From positions 186,001 through 250,000 of the forward strand of contig CDRNVI010000054.1 of the NCBI GenBank assembly GCA_977017575.1: a stretch of DNA of 64,000 nucleotides. Reading direction: 5' to 3'. The DNA is from Paramoeba atlantica (taxonomy: Eukaryota; Protista; Discosea). Of the stretch, positions 22,036-32,403 are shown piece by piece (position 1 is the first letter of the stretch; every line of letters starts with the position of its first letter). The position numbers and the translations under genes were made by a program. Below the pieces are notes generated by a model, which had not been told where the DNA came from, made no database searches, and saw nothing but the letters and a program-made list of their open reading frames with translations.

Positions 22036-22974
22036 TCAAGGGGCATACAAATTTACTGGTCGCGGGCGGTTGAAATAACGCACATCCGGCCCAAATGTTC
22101 TTCTGTTGTTTTGGACCATGCCTCCCCGTCCATAGCCTGAAGTACTATTTTGGAAGGATTTCGCCTTCAAAAGAGTCTCCGGTATAGTTACGGAGTCGGT
22201 CTCTGGGAGCAATCCGACGTTCTTGCGGCAAAGAAGAAGAGATTCCTCTTTCTTTACGTCGTCAAAATCGGCGCGGAACACAAGAAAATGAGCAGCGAGT
22301 TCTAGAAGGAAATGGTTAGCTGCTATTGATACCGCCTTGTTTTCTTGTGCCGCCTTGGGGGATACACCTTTTCCTGCTTGCGTAAGCATCTCCTTGAAGA
22401 AAATAGCGTAGCGGGTTAGAAGAAAGCTTTCGGCCCATTTTTGAAACTTCGGGTTGTGCACTGCTTCCCACAGTTGCCCTCCAAGGTGAGGACGATTCTC
22501 CGTGCCTGTCCATACAGTAAGTTGCCCGTCCTCCTTTTCTCCTTCCCGTGCTTTCATTTTCTTTGGCTCCTTCGGGGGGTCCAGCATGAGGGAAACCAAA
22601 ATTCCTCGATGTTCTTCGTTTCCAATCAAATTCTCGAATTCGGAGACGTCCTGTGTTCGGCGGACACCCAAAAGTTTGGCTGTAAAACTTGCTTTTTCAC
22701 TGAGGGTTTCTCCCCCTAATACCTTTTCAACGAAATCCATGATTGCACTTGCGCATTCGTCTTCGCTGATTTCCGCCATAAATTTGACAAGGAGATTCAC
22801 ATCGACTGCGCGCTCAAAACGTAGAGAAATTTTTATGCTCGTTTTCGTCGAGCATGCCTGGTCGACTACGCTATCGACGTTTGCGTCAAAGTGGTGAGTG
22901 TGGCCGACTATAGGAACTGAGCGGCTTTGTGAAGCTTGGAGTGAGGTAGCTACGGAGGGTCGTTTCTTCGGCAT
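22036..22974 (-). CDS. Gag-like ORF1 of the YR retroelement
   Basis: 312 aa ORF with a helical-looking core and a basic RG-rich tail, upstream of YR on the same strand; assigned by position only. Confidence 0.55.
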   Translation of the reverse strand: MPKKRPSVATSLQASQSRSVPIVGHTHHFDANVDSVVDQACSTKTSIKISLRFERAVDVNLLVKFMAEISEDECASAIMDFVEKVLGGETLSEKASFTAKLLGVRRTQDVSEFENLIGNEEHRGILVSLMLDPPKEPKKMKAREGEKEDGQLTVWTGTENRPHLGGQLWEAVHNPKFQKWAESFLLTRYAIFFKEMLTQAGKGVSPKAAQENKAVSIAANHFLLELAAHFLVFRADFDDVKKEESLLLCRKNVGLLPETDSVTIPETLLKAKSFQNSTSGYGRGGMVQNNRRTFGPDVRYFNRPRPVNLYAP

Positions 22975-23270
22975 AAGAAATAAAATTTAGAGCAAGTTCC
23001 TATGCATGTTTTAATAGATTAGATACGGTTGTGACTTATCCTGGTCATCTTTGCTCTCTCATTCTATATTCACCCTTTCTGTATTTCCACCCTCACGCTC
23101 GCCAGAATATGGATACTTGCTGACTGCTTTATGTCAGCATATTCCTGTTTCTCTCTGTTTTCTCTCTCGCTCTTTTTCCTTACTACTTCAAGCAATCGGC
23201 GAAACTAATGTATTCATCTATACATACGCCTTCTGTATTTTTTTTTTCTGCTTTCTATTCTTTCGTCTTT

Positions 23271-23432
23271 GTTTTTTTCCAATGGCTGATCTCAGTGCCA
23301 GGCAAGCCAAGGCGTGTTTACTACGCCCGAGATAATGGGGAGTTGCTATGTCCCTGGGCCGATTACTGACCAGGGATTGGCAACACCCTCATTATCACAG
23401 GCTTCATAAGCACCTTGATACCGGGACCAAGC
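23271..23432 (+). repeat. Internal complementary region (inverted 3'-end + 5'-end junction copy) of the YR element
   Basis: 23271-23391 matches the element 3' end (12700-12820). 23390-23432 matches the 5' end (24727-24771; 19 nt identical, then a few mismatches). The halves join at CA (23390-23391). Confidence 0.88.
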
Positions 23433-23828
23433 CCAGTGACAGGAATACCCATTGGCACCGCAGATCAGCTCCCTCCTCCCCTTCTTGTCATCATTCTAGG
23501 TTTTCAAACGTGAGACAAAACTCTAAGGGGCGTGGAATCTGTTGAGCATCTTTTATTAGATACTTCACACAGATGCGTAGCCGTAAAGGCATTGCATTCG
23601 AAATCCGTGGAATAATGAACGCAGTGCAAAACTGACCCGACTGCGCAAGTCGTATAAGGTGCGTCACACTGGCAAATCCATTTTTTTTTCTTTCTATCCA
23701 TTTTTTTTCATTACTTCCAGTACCCTGGAAAGCAACACAGACAGCAGTGGTACTGTGTGATGATCAGCAATATTTGCTTACAATAATCATTAAATTTACG
23801 ACTACGAGAAGCCAATCCTCAATGATCA

Positions 23829-24343
23829 CTCGAAGTGAAGTGCCAACCGTCAGTCCTGAAGGACTTCGAGGCAAAGTGTAACCACCAACCGTCAGTTCCG
23901 AAGAACCCCGAGGTGAAGTGCCAACCGTCAGTCCCGAAGGACCTCGAGGCAAAGTATAACCACCAACCGTCAATTCCGAAGAACCTCGAGGCGAAGTGCC
24001 AACCGTCAGTCCCGAAGGACCTCGAGGCAAAGTATAACCACCAACCGTCAGTTCCGAAGAACCTCGAGGTGAAGTGCCAACCGTCAGTCCCGAAGGACCT
24101 CGAGGCAAAGTAAAACCACGAACCGTCAGTTCCGAAGAACCTCGAGGTGAAGTGCCAACCGTCAGTCCCGAAGGACCTCGAGGCAAAGTAAAACCACGAA
24201 CCGTCAGTTACGAAGAACCTCGAGGTGAAGTGCCAACCGTCAGTCCCGAAGGACCTCGAGGCAAAGTATAACCACCAACCGTCAGTTCCGAGGAACCTCA
24301 AGGTGAAGTGCCAACCGTCAGTCCCGAAAGACCTCGAGGCAAA
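23829..24343. repeat. 78 bp minisatellite (alternating 36 + 42 bp subunits, 13 subunits)
   Basis: Core AACCGTCAGT.CCGAAG.ACCTCGAGG recurring at alternating 36/42 bp spacing; gives 26 aa periodicity in the ORF track. Confidence 0.95.
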
Positions 24344-24769
24344 TAATAAATTGTTATTATAATAATAATAATCGTCGACCGTGAGTCACAAATTTCCTCG
24401 AAGTAGTTCATTTTGGCGCCGAACGGTATGTTTTCCCCGGTCAGGGCCAAAACGAACCGGAATAAAATCACTAATTTAGTGCCAGGCTCGGTTCCACATA
24501 GCATGTCAACATGTAAATAAAATTTATATCCTATCTTTGGGTCGGAACCAAGGATTATAGTGTGTATATTCAACAAACCTGTATGTTCAAATAAATCAGT
24601 ATGTTCAACATATCTGTATGTTTAACAAACGAAGAGATGGACAAATATATTAAAAAAAAAGTCGTACCTTATCGTACAATAAAACTCTTCACCCTCACAC
24701 TTCGTCTTGTTAAGAAGACGACGCCGGGCTTGGGACCGGTATCAAGCGTGTTTATGAAGCCTGTGATAA

Positions 24770-24783
24770 TGTATCTTTATCGT
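24770..24783 (-). ncRNA. SL exon, left half (ACGATAAAGATACA)
   Basis: 14 nt exact SL match directly abutting the YR element 5' terminus TTATCACAGGCTTCATAA. Confidence 0.8.
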
Positions 24784-25049
24784 CCAGGGCGCGACAGAGG
24801 TAGAAAGGGATGTTCCCTTCTGACATGTGGCCATCAGTTTGTAATACACCGTGCCCGGTGTCGTCATACACCAAGACGTGGGGGGCGTAGGACGACCCAT
24901 GGTGAGGGATTGAAAGCGATATCCAAATACTCTCGGTGGAGGCAAAGTCCTCCTGCGACTGTAGGTAGGGTTTGTTTGTTCATGAGTTATTATTGCATAA
25001 TAGCAGAGAGTTTTCAGGGTAAGGCCCGCATACAACGGGATAACCCTTT

Positions 25050-28000
25050 TTATTTAGCGTAGCAGTTCGGGTTCTCGATTCTGCGCTCGTGGGGAAGTGA
25101 GTTATACTTCTCTGACTTCCGCCGGTGTGCGTTTTCGCAGTTCTCCTCCCACGGGACAGTTAGCTCAATGATGAACTCGGTCCCGTTCCGTAGTTTGATC
25201 CAGCCATCCGGGCGCAGTAAACGGTCGCTACTGGTGTACCACGGGGGTGGGTTCCGTTCACCCGTGAGGTCAAAGTGGCAAGCTTCGGTGGCAGGGGATT
25301 GGCGTACGTGTCGTGCGAACTCGCGGAGAACCATGTCGTGTCTTAGTGTGTACCTCCCTTGTTGTAAGGATGTGTTGCATGATGAAAGGACGTGTCTTGT
25401 TGTTTGTGGTTTGTCTCGGCATATGGGACATTTTGTATCAGAGTGATAGTTGCGACCCCATTGTGCAAGGGATACTCGGGAGGGCAGGGGGGTTAGAGTC
25501 ATGACGGAGGACATGAATCGCGAGAGTTTCTCGTTTCGGATCCCATGGATGGCAGATGCAAATTCTTGTGCCATTTCTGGGTCTGACGGAAACTGCCACC
25601 AGAGGGCAGCAACAGGAGCACGTTGTCGTAGACGTGTAATCATTTGTTCTTCGTGGGCATCACGGAGTATTTGTCGTGCGCGCTGTGGGTCGTTAAGATG
25701 ATCGGTTATCTGTGCAGCTGGGCGGATTTGACCTTTCGCACGCTTCCTTTGCTCTTCCTGGATGCGGAAGCGCAATGCCTTGAGCACGTTCGGGTCTCGT
25801 GATTGATGCATTTGGGTAAGTGACGTTCCGGTGCACTCGTACCAGAGTTGTGTCAGACTTTTGAGATTCCAGCCGCGGCAGGAGTATAGTACTTCTGTGC
25901 TACCGGCACGAGCCATGTTAATCCATCGTCGAATGTGTGCTGTGACTCGCTTCTGAAGCCGCAGAACTGAGCTGAAAGAGATGCAGGGGTGGATGGTAAA
26001 CTGAAACCGAAGTCGGGAAATTATAGCGTGTCTGTAGATCCACAGCTTAGCCGGGAGATTATGGGCGCTGGCACTCGTGTTTTCGAGCCATCCCTTCAGC
26101 TTTGAGTTTAATTTCTTGAAAAGTTCGTTTAGCTGCTGAGATCCAGGGGCGAGGGTCATACCAAGAAATGAGCTTCCGGCGTCACAAATATGTGGAATTT
26201 TTTCTCCGTATGTGGTTACTGCAGGTCTTCTCGTCATGTACCCCGGGTGCTCTTCGCCTTTCCGCGTGCTCATACATTGGACTCGACTTTTTGTGACGTT
26301 GATTTTTAATCCGATTTTGGAGAGCACCGTGGTTAGTGCGTTCAGCGAAGTTTGCATGTCACGGTCACTTTCGGTCAGAATGGTTAAATCATCGGCATAC
26401 GCTTTCAAGAAGTTGTTATCGCCGTTGGGAAGGCGCATGCCAAAGGTTGGACACGAGAACCGAACGTATCGTAATACGATTTCCATGACTACTAAGAATA
26501 TAGTGGGAGAGAGTGTATCGCCTTGTAAGACTCCCTTCTTTACATGTATGGGACGCGTTAGACCTTCGTAACATTTAACTCGTATGTGTGCATCAGTGAG
26601 GCTGTCTTTGATGTAGTCGACAACGTTGCAGGGTATGCCTGCCCAACCTAGGGAAGCTAGTATAATGTTATACGGGATCGAACCAAAGGCGTTAGTGAGG
26701 TCCAATTGGGCAAGACAGTACTGTCGTTTATGTCGCTGGTAGTGCTGGAGGAGGGTGCATAGAGTTTGGGTGTGCTCCAATGTCCCATTGATTTCGGGAA
26801 GAAACCCTTTCTGTATTTCCGGGTCAATCACATTGTGTCCAATAAGATGTTGGGTCAGGCGATGCGATATGATTGTGTGAAACGCTTTACCAAGGGCGCT
26901 CGTCAGTGAAATGGGGCGCCAATTTTTGGGGTTTTCCGGTGCTCCGCTCTTATGTATCAGCCTAGTGATTGCAGTTTTCCATGATGGAGGGCAGGTCGAG
27001 AAAGTCATCAGATTATTGAATACCTTAGCAAATTGATCATGCATGGATGGACATTTCTTAAGAATCAGATTGGTGATCGTGTCTGCACCGGGTGAGCTGG
27101 AGTTCCGTTTCATATTGATGGCTGCTGTGACATCGTCTCGCGTGATTGGGTCCCAATGCATGGGTTGGGCGGCTCCTGGTCCGAGTACATCTGGAGGAGG
27201 CAGTTGGAAGAGTTCTTCACTGGGTTTAAAGCTTGACTCGAAGTATGTCTCTATGGTGTTCCGGTCGCAGGTCGGGTAAGTTGTATTCTGTACTTCATTA
27301 GCGTCAGGTTTGTCGATCGTTTCTGAAGCTGCTGTCCACGGATTTCTGGAAAATCGCTCGGAGGCCCAGCGCTGATCGATTTCTTCTCTTTGTTTCGTCG
27401 CTTCTTCCTCACGTATCCTGACTAGCTTTCGACATTCTTTGATTTGTGCTCGTAATTCGTCTCGTTCCGTCCTACTTCTCGTATAGCGTAGCGAAATTTT
27501 CAAGGTTGTGAGATGGTGTTTCAGTTCTTGTGCGACTCTCTCCGTGGCGAGTGGTCGATACCTTCGTCGGGCGTGTCCGGTGCTAGCTCTGATGAGGAAG
27601 CCCCTTGTCGGATTCGCTTCCGTCGCTATTTCGTAAGCAGATACGGCTAGGGCGGCGCTAAGAAGTTCCGCGTTACGTATAGTTGTCTTCCTGTCCGTTG
27701 TATCGCTTAGAAGTTCGTTGCAACGTGCACTTGCTCTCGCTTCAACCTGTCGCCATTGCTCTTCGCTGAGTCGTATGGTAACCTTCCCGCCAAGTATTGC
27801 ATTGTGCTTTTGCAGGAGTTCTACTGCTTTTTGACTTTGAGAGGCGTCAGATTGCACTGTCGGCGTGGAGGGTTCAACTTGGGAATGTATGTTATTGGGT
27901 ACTGTTGTTGGGGATTCACAACCGGTTTCGTTCCCTGGTGCATAGGGTGGCCCAAATACTTTGCAACATAGGTGTGCGCACTCAAGTTTGTTTCGACACG

Positions 28001-29903
28001 TGTGGCGGCATGGCTGTACAGTGCGCAGTGTCGGTGCACTACGGTTCTGTTGAATGCGACTCGGTGATGCTTCTCTGCGTGAGATACGTTCGTAACTGAC
28101 TTCTTCCGCTTCCTCCAGTCTTCGATGTACTGTAATGCGTAGATGTCTGAGATGTGGTATATCCATTCCGTTAAGCGCCTTCATGACTGCACGGCCTAGT
28201 GCTCCCGCTGTTGCATACTTCTCGTTGAGTTTAAGTGTATTATCTTGGAGAAGGGATGTCCAGCTGGCATGCCGACTGATGTGTTGACTATTTTGTTCTT
28301 CGATATGTATGTAGTCGCATCCGCGGTGGTCCATGAGTTCTTCAGTTGTGGAAGGCTCGACAACCAAGTCATGAGAGTTGCTTTTACCAGATAACATTTT
28401 CGAGAGTGCCGCTTGTGCTGCTTGGAGAGAGGTTATTCTAGCCCGGACGAGAGGAGATTCGCTGGCACTTCGAATATCTGGAAAGTATGTCCAGATCAGG
28501 TTTGCTACTGTTCGCACTTTCACGGGGCGGGCTCTGCTCTGGACAAAGTGAAGGTATTGCTTTTGCCGTGGTTCATGGTTTGTGTCAGGTGGTGCGGATT
28601 CGTCCCTGTTCTGTGTCGCGCTGCTTTGAAATACCCAGCCAGGGACTTCATCGTTTTCTCCTTCCTGTTCCCTGGGACAAGGCATGATTAATTCTTGCTT
28701 TTCCGTCAGCTTTTTCACCTCGTACATCTCATTGTGGTTAAGCGTGACTGTTGGGTTTGCTGGTAAATAGGGATTGCTTTCTTTCTCGACTGCAGTCGTG
28801 AATGGCTGGGATGATGTGCATAGTTTCGTGGGGCTTGTGGTTGCGGGTTCTGGTTTTCCGTCATTTTGTGGCATAGTGTCTACTTGTATATAGAAAAGCC
28901 TGATATACCAGAGAATTATTCGTTGTGCAAGTTTCATGATGTCAAGAGCGGTCATGCTCAGTGGTTGCTTTTTCAACCGTGCGACGTTTGAACAAAATTT
29001 CTCGTGCATTATTCGTATCCGGGGCAGTAAAAGCAGAGGCGATCGGAAAATGTCATACGTTTTTCTGCAAGAAGAAGTAATGAACCTGATGGTACTACCT
29101 GTGCACACATATACCATGTTCATACATTGGACAATGTGTAATGGGTTTGCTGCTTCAGAAAGCCAACCTGTTAATAGGGACAATAGGGTTTGAGTGTTCC
29201 TTGTGATGACTAGTAGTACGTGACCAAAGGGTCCATTGTTTGTTGGCACCATATTTATGACTTTCTTCTGGGAGTGTCGTATATGACGTTTGCAACAAGG
29301 GTGTTTGCAGGTGACTTTGTTCAGACAGATGTGCCTACACGGTTTTGTCGTGATACTTTGTGTGCCAACATTTCGACGGAAAGGATTGAGGGCGTTGGGT
29401 GACGGGATTGCGCGGATGGGTGCTACTAGGAGGTGAACGGCGAGGCTAGATATCCATCTGAAGACGTTAGATATGATGATGCCAATATTCCGCATGTTGT
29501 AGAGAGTTCTGAATACTAGTATAATTGATCGGGCCATGGCAAGCGGGGAGACTTCAAAATTCCTTCGTTTCTTTGACATAACGGTATGTGATGTTACGGT
29601 GTCGCTATCCGTTATACTTTGCGCAGTTAAGTGACGCTTGCAGCACAAGTGTAAGCATTCACGTTTATTCAGACACTTGTGCTTACAGGGTTCCGCTGGG
29701 GACGATGCGGTGGTATTCGCCGAATTGCCAGTCACATGCTCGGTTTGCGTGACGTTTAGCAGATTGTCGGGAGTACTTCCGTTCTCGTTGGAAGAGGCGT
29801 CAGGATGGGTGGGAGTTGCGCTTTGCTTGCGAACGCCGCGTGGTCCTCGTGTAAGGTCCTGCGGCGCATTCGAGTGGGATCGTTGCGCGCGGTGTCGCGC
29901 CAT
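25050..29903 (-). mobile_element. HERO/NeSL-like RLE retroelement (copy d): 1617 aa ORF, 3'-truncated within the RLE
   Basis: DLTNAFGSIP, QGDTLSP, YADD, CPICRDKPQTTRHVLSSC, LRPDGW...IIELTVPWEE...KSEKY; lacks the LLVFEVGARG tail present in copy c. Confidence 0.92.
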
Positions 29904-29930
29904 GTAGATTTAAACGATAAAGAAATAAAA

Positions 29931-29953
29931 CAACAAGGTACAGAAACTGTATC
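29931..29953 (-). ncRNA. SL exon 3' part (23 nt) heading element d
   Basis: GATACAGTTTCTGTACCTTGTTG, then a 27 nt leader and the ATG at 29903. Confidence 0.85.
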
Positions 29954-31430
29954 CCACTCGTACTGTATCCCACCAGGCCCACTCGTAAGGCAGATTCGAT
30001 GCATCGGTATCCCCAACGTGGCACCGATGATTTCGCCAAGTCTTTGGAAGGGGCAGTTCGCGGGGACCGGAACTTGAATTCTGCCTACGGCGTGAGGGCC
30101 TAGATGTAGGTTGAACACCATCGTTTGATCGTCACTTGGGTCCTGCGCGGGAGGCGGGCAAGTTTCTGCGGACCTGCTCACCTCCGGGTGGGTGAGATTT
30201 TCATTCCAAGGGGTATCTACCCTGGGGGGAGGAGGCTCGTCAACGTCACAGCCCCTGGCTTCAGAAGGCCTGGGGGAGGCGCCGAAGGTTAGCGCGATGT
30301 GCCGTAGCTCTTGGAACCAGGCGGAGTGGCCGGCTGCGCAAGAGGTCCACTGCTGCTTAAGTATTTCTGACACCCCCTTGCGGTGCTCCTGGAACAGTTT
30401 AATGGCAGCTGATCTGATTGCAGCCTGCTCGTGTATGGCTCTATGCTGCATGAGTTTCCTCTGGTCTGTGAAAACTTGGCCACACGTGTGACACAGGTGT
30501 GCCTTGTCCTCGACGAGTTGTTTTTCTCTGTGTGCTTGACGAGCGTCGTGACACATCAGGGAAAGCCACTCGTCAAAGATGGCATCGCGCTTCCCCACGT
30601 ATTGGGCCTCCAAGGCCCGGGCAGCGCTCGAAAATCTATGTGCCTCCACTTCATGTCGAAGTGCAGGTGGCACACCGTCCGTGCGCTCCTGCTTGAAGAC
30701 CGCAGCCAGGACCTCCGCGTTTCTTTGGGCGATGGTCGCAAGCTGCTCTTGGTGGGAGGGAACTTTGTCGGGGTTATGGATTGAGGTGGCCTGAAGGCCT
30801 TCTGTACCTTTGGGAGGAGGTAGATTGCTGTGGTAAGCCATAGTCTTGGCCATGCTTGCGACAGACGAGTTAGGTGAGACATTCGGCGCGAAGGAGACAC
30901 GCGAGCGGGATCTCGTGCGCGGTCCTTCGGCTGGACGGATGCTCGACGACCTAGCCGAGGGACGATTCTGCGCGGGGGCGCGGTCCGAGGTGCGGGATCG
31001 GGAAGCCGAACGAGCTCGGCGCCCTGGTGTGGGGTCCCGCCTGGGGGTTGGACGGGATGAGGGAAGGGGGTTTACTGAGCCCTGGCGCTGTGACCTGAGC
31101 TCGACACATTCCGGGCAGAGGCGATGGAAGGGTCGCCTGGGAGAGAAAGGCTTCGTGCAAAAATTGCACGGGGGATACTCGGGGACCGGAGAGAGGGTTG
31201 CACCCTGAGATAGAGCATTCTGCTTGTATCCGCCATTGGCGGGCCCAAGCGGTTGATGTTTATGTTTGTCCCTTTGGGATTGCGACGTAGATCGAGCGGT
31301 GTCGAAGCACTTTGCACACAGCCGATGGGAGGGGAGAAGGGGCTCGAATTTCGAGCCGCAGAGTGAGCAGAACAGTAAACCGTTGCGAGGTCTGTCTGCC
31401 ATGGAGTTAACGAAGAAAAAGAAAATAAGT
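29954..31430 (-). mobile_element. CRE-type ORF 5' part (copy e), paralog of copy g, cut by element d
   Basis: CxxC...F.P..P.HRLCxxC ribbons (x2), C2H2 finger CHTCGQVFTDQRKLMQHRAIH and a downstream segment similar to 10479-12560. Confidence 0.75.
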
Positions 31431-31469
31431 CAACAAGGTACAGAAACTGTATCTTTATCGTTAAAGTTT
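31431..31469 (-). ncRNA. Full-length SL exon copy (39 nt)
   Basis: AAACTTTAACGATAAAGATACAGTTTCTGTACCTTGTTG; longest SL match in the window and equal to the canonical mini-exon length. Confidence 0.85.
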
Positions 31470-31481
31470 CTTTTTTTCTTG

Positions 31482-32193
31482 TCTTTTTTTTTGCAAATAA
31501 TTGGGGGGAGTAGTATTGAGTCTAATGTTTTTATCTACTTTTCCAACTTTCCTACTCTCCACACTTACAATCCTTCACCCAAAAAGCTTTCACCCTACTT
31601 CCTTCCTTCCCCCACTTCCTGCCCCTCATCACACTTCCTTCCCTTCCTCCACTTACGCCCTACCCCACTGACCGACTCGTCCGCGCGGGGGCCCATGCGG
31701 TCCAGAGCCTCCGCTCCCACCCCGTTAGCAATATAAGATACTTTGTGTTGCTGTACGAGGGTGGGAGACGTGGAGGTGACCTCCGCTCCCACCCCGTTAG
31801 CAGTATCAGATACTTTAGGTTGCTGTACGAGGGTGGGAGACAAGGAGGAGACGAAGCGCAAAGACGCCGTCGCGCCAAGGGGGAAAAGCGAAAAGAGAGA
31901 CATGGCGGGACGGACGCGGAGACGAGGGGAAACAACGCCGCAGCCCAATCGGTCTGCCCCCACCCCGTGAGCAAGTATAGTATAATTTGGGCTGCTGGCA
32001 CGGGGGTGGGGGACGCAAGAGAGAAAGACAGAAGAACAACGAGCGCGCAGAGGAAGAGGTCGGGGGATACGACACCGGGGAATGATGGGACGAGAGAGGG
32101 AGGGGGGATGCCGACAATAGAGAGAAAATTTGAGGGGGGTGCCCTCCCATGGTTCGGAAGATGTTGTAGGAAAGAAAAGGAGAAAAAATAATT
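31482..32193 (-). mobile_element. SL-headed, A-tailed short non-coding element (f) with three hairpin repeats
   Basis: SL at 32194-32239; repeats at 31708-31770, 31780-31841 and 31953-32013; ends in GCAAAAAAAAAGA before the next SL copy; no credible ORF. Confidence 0.65.
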
Positions 32194-32239
32194 CAACAAG
32201 GTACAGAAACTGTATCATTATCGTTACTGTATCTTTATC
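32194..32239 (-). ncRNA. SL exon copy with a partial tandem duplication
   Basis: A9-GATAAAGATACAG-TAACGATAATGATACAGTTTCTGTACCTTGTTG. Confidence 0.8.
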
Positions 32240-32403
32240 TTTTTTTTTGCGATTAATAAGGGGGGAGAAGTATGAAACGCGGCATTGCCTCTATATTACC
32301 CAATACATGAACCATGAAGGTCCATTGGGGGGGGAATATGATTTTTTTTTGTTTCTTTGGGGTTGGGGGGGATTTTTTTTTTGTTATCCCCCCTGGGCAA
32401 ATT

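Larger units (their letters stand above)
12702..24769 (-). mobile_element. VIPER/DIRS-like tyrosine-recombinase retroelement (gag-YR-RT/RH) integrated in an SL exon, with a nested RLE element
   Basis: Order on the - strand: gag-like 22036-22974, YR 20459-21335, RT/RH 13379-15136. Both termini match the internal inverted junction copy at 23271-23432. Flanked by complementary SL halves sharing CA. Confidence 0.85.

Noticed and set aside
12701-23390. The 112 bp inverted pair as DIRS terminal inverted repeats
   Set aside because: The 23271 copy continues into sequence matching 24727-24771, so it is internal; the true terminus is 24769.
23331-23400. Single-hairpin H/ACA (ACA/AGA) snoRNA reading of the junction hairpin
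   Set aside because: The distance from the upper stem to ACA/AGA is about 21-26 nt, longer than the usual 14-16, and the sequence is better explained as the element junction.
23764-24301. Repeat-encoded proteins in several frames
   Set aside because: Open frames are a by-product of the 78 bp period; in-frame stops occur and there is no credible start or context.
23829-24343. CRISPR-like array
   Set aside because: The intervening segments are only 7-13 nt and repeat in two fixed types rather than being unique spacers; there are no cas genes and the context is eukaryotic.
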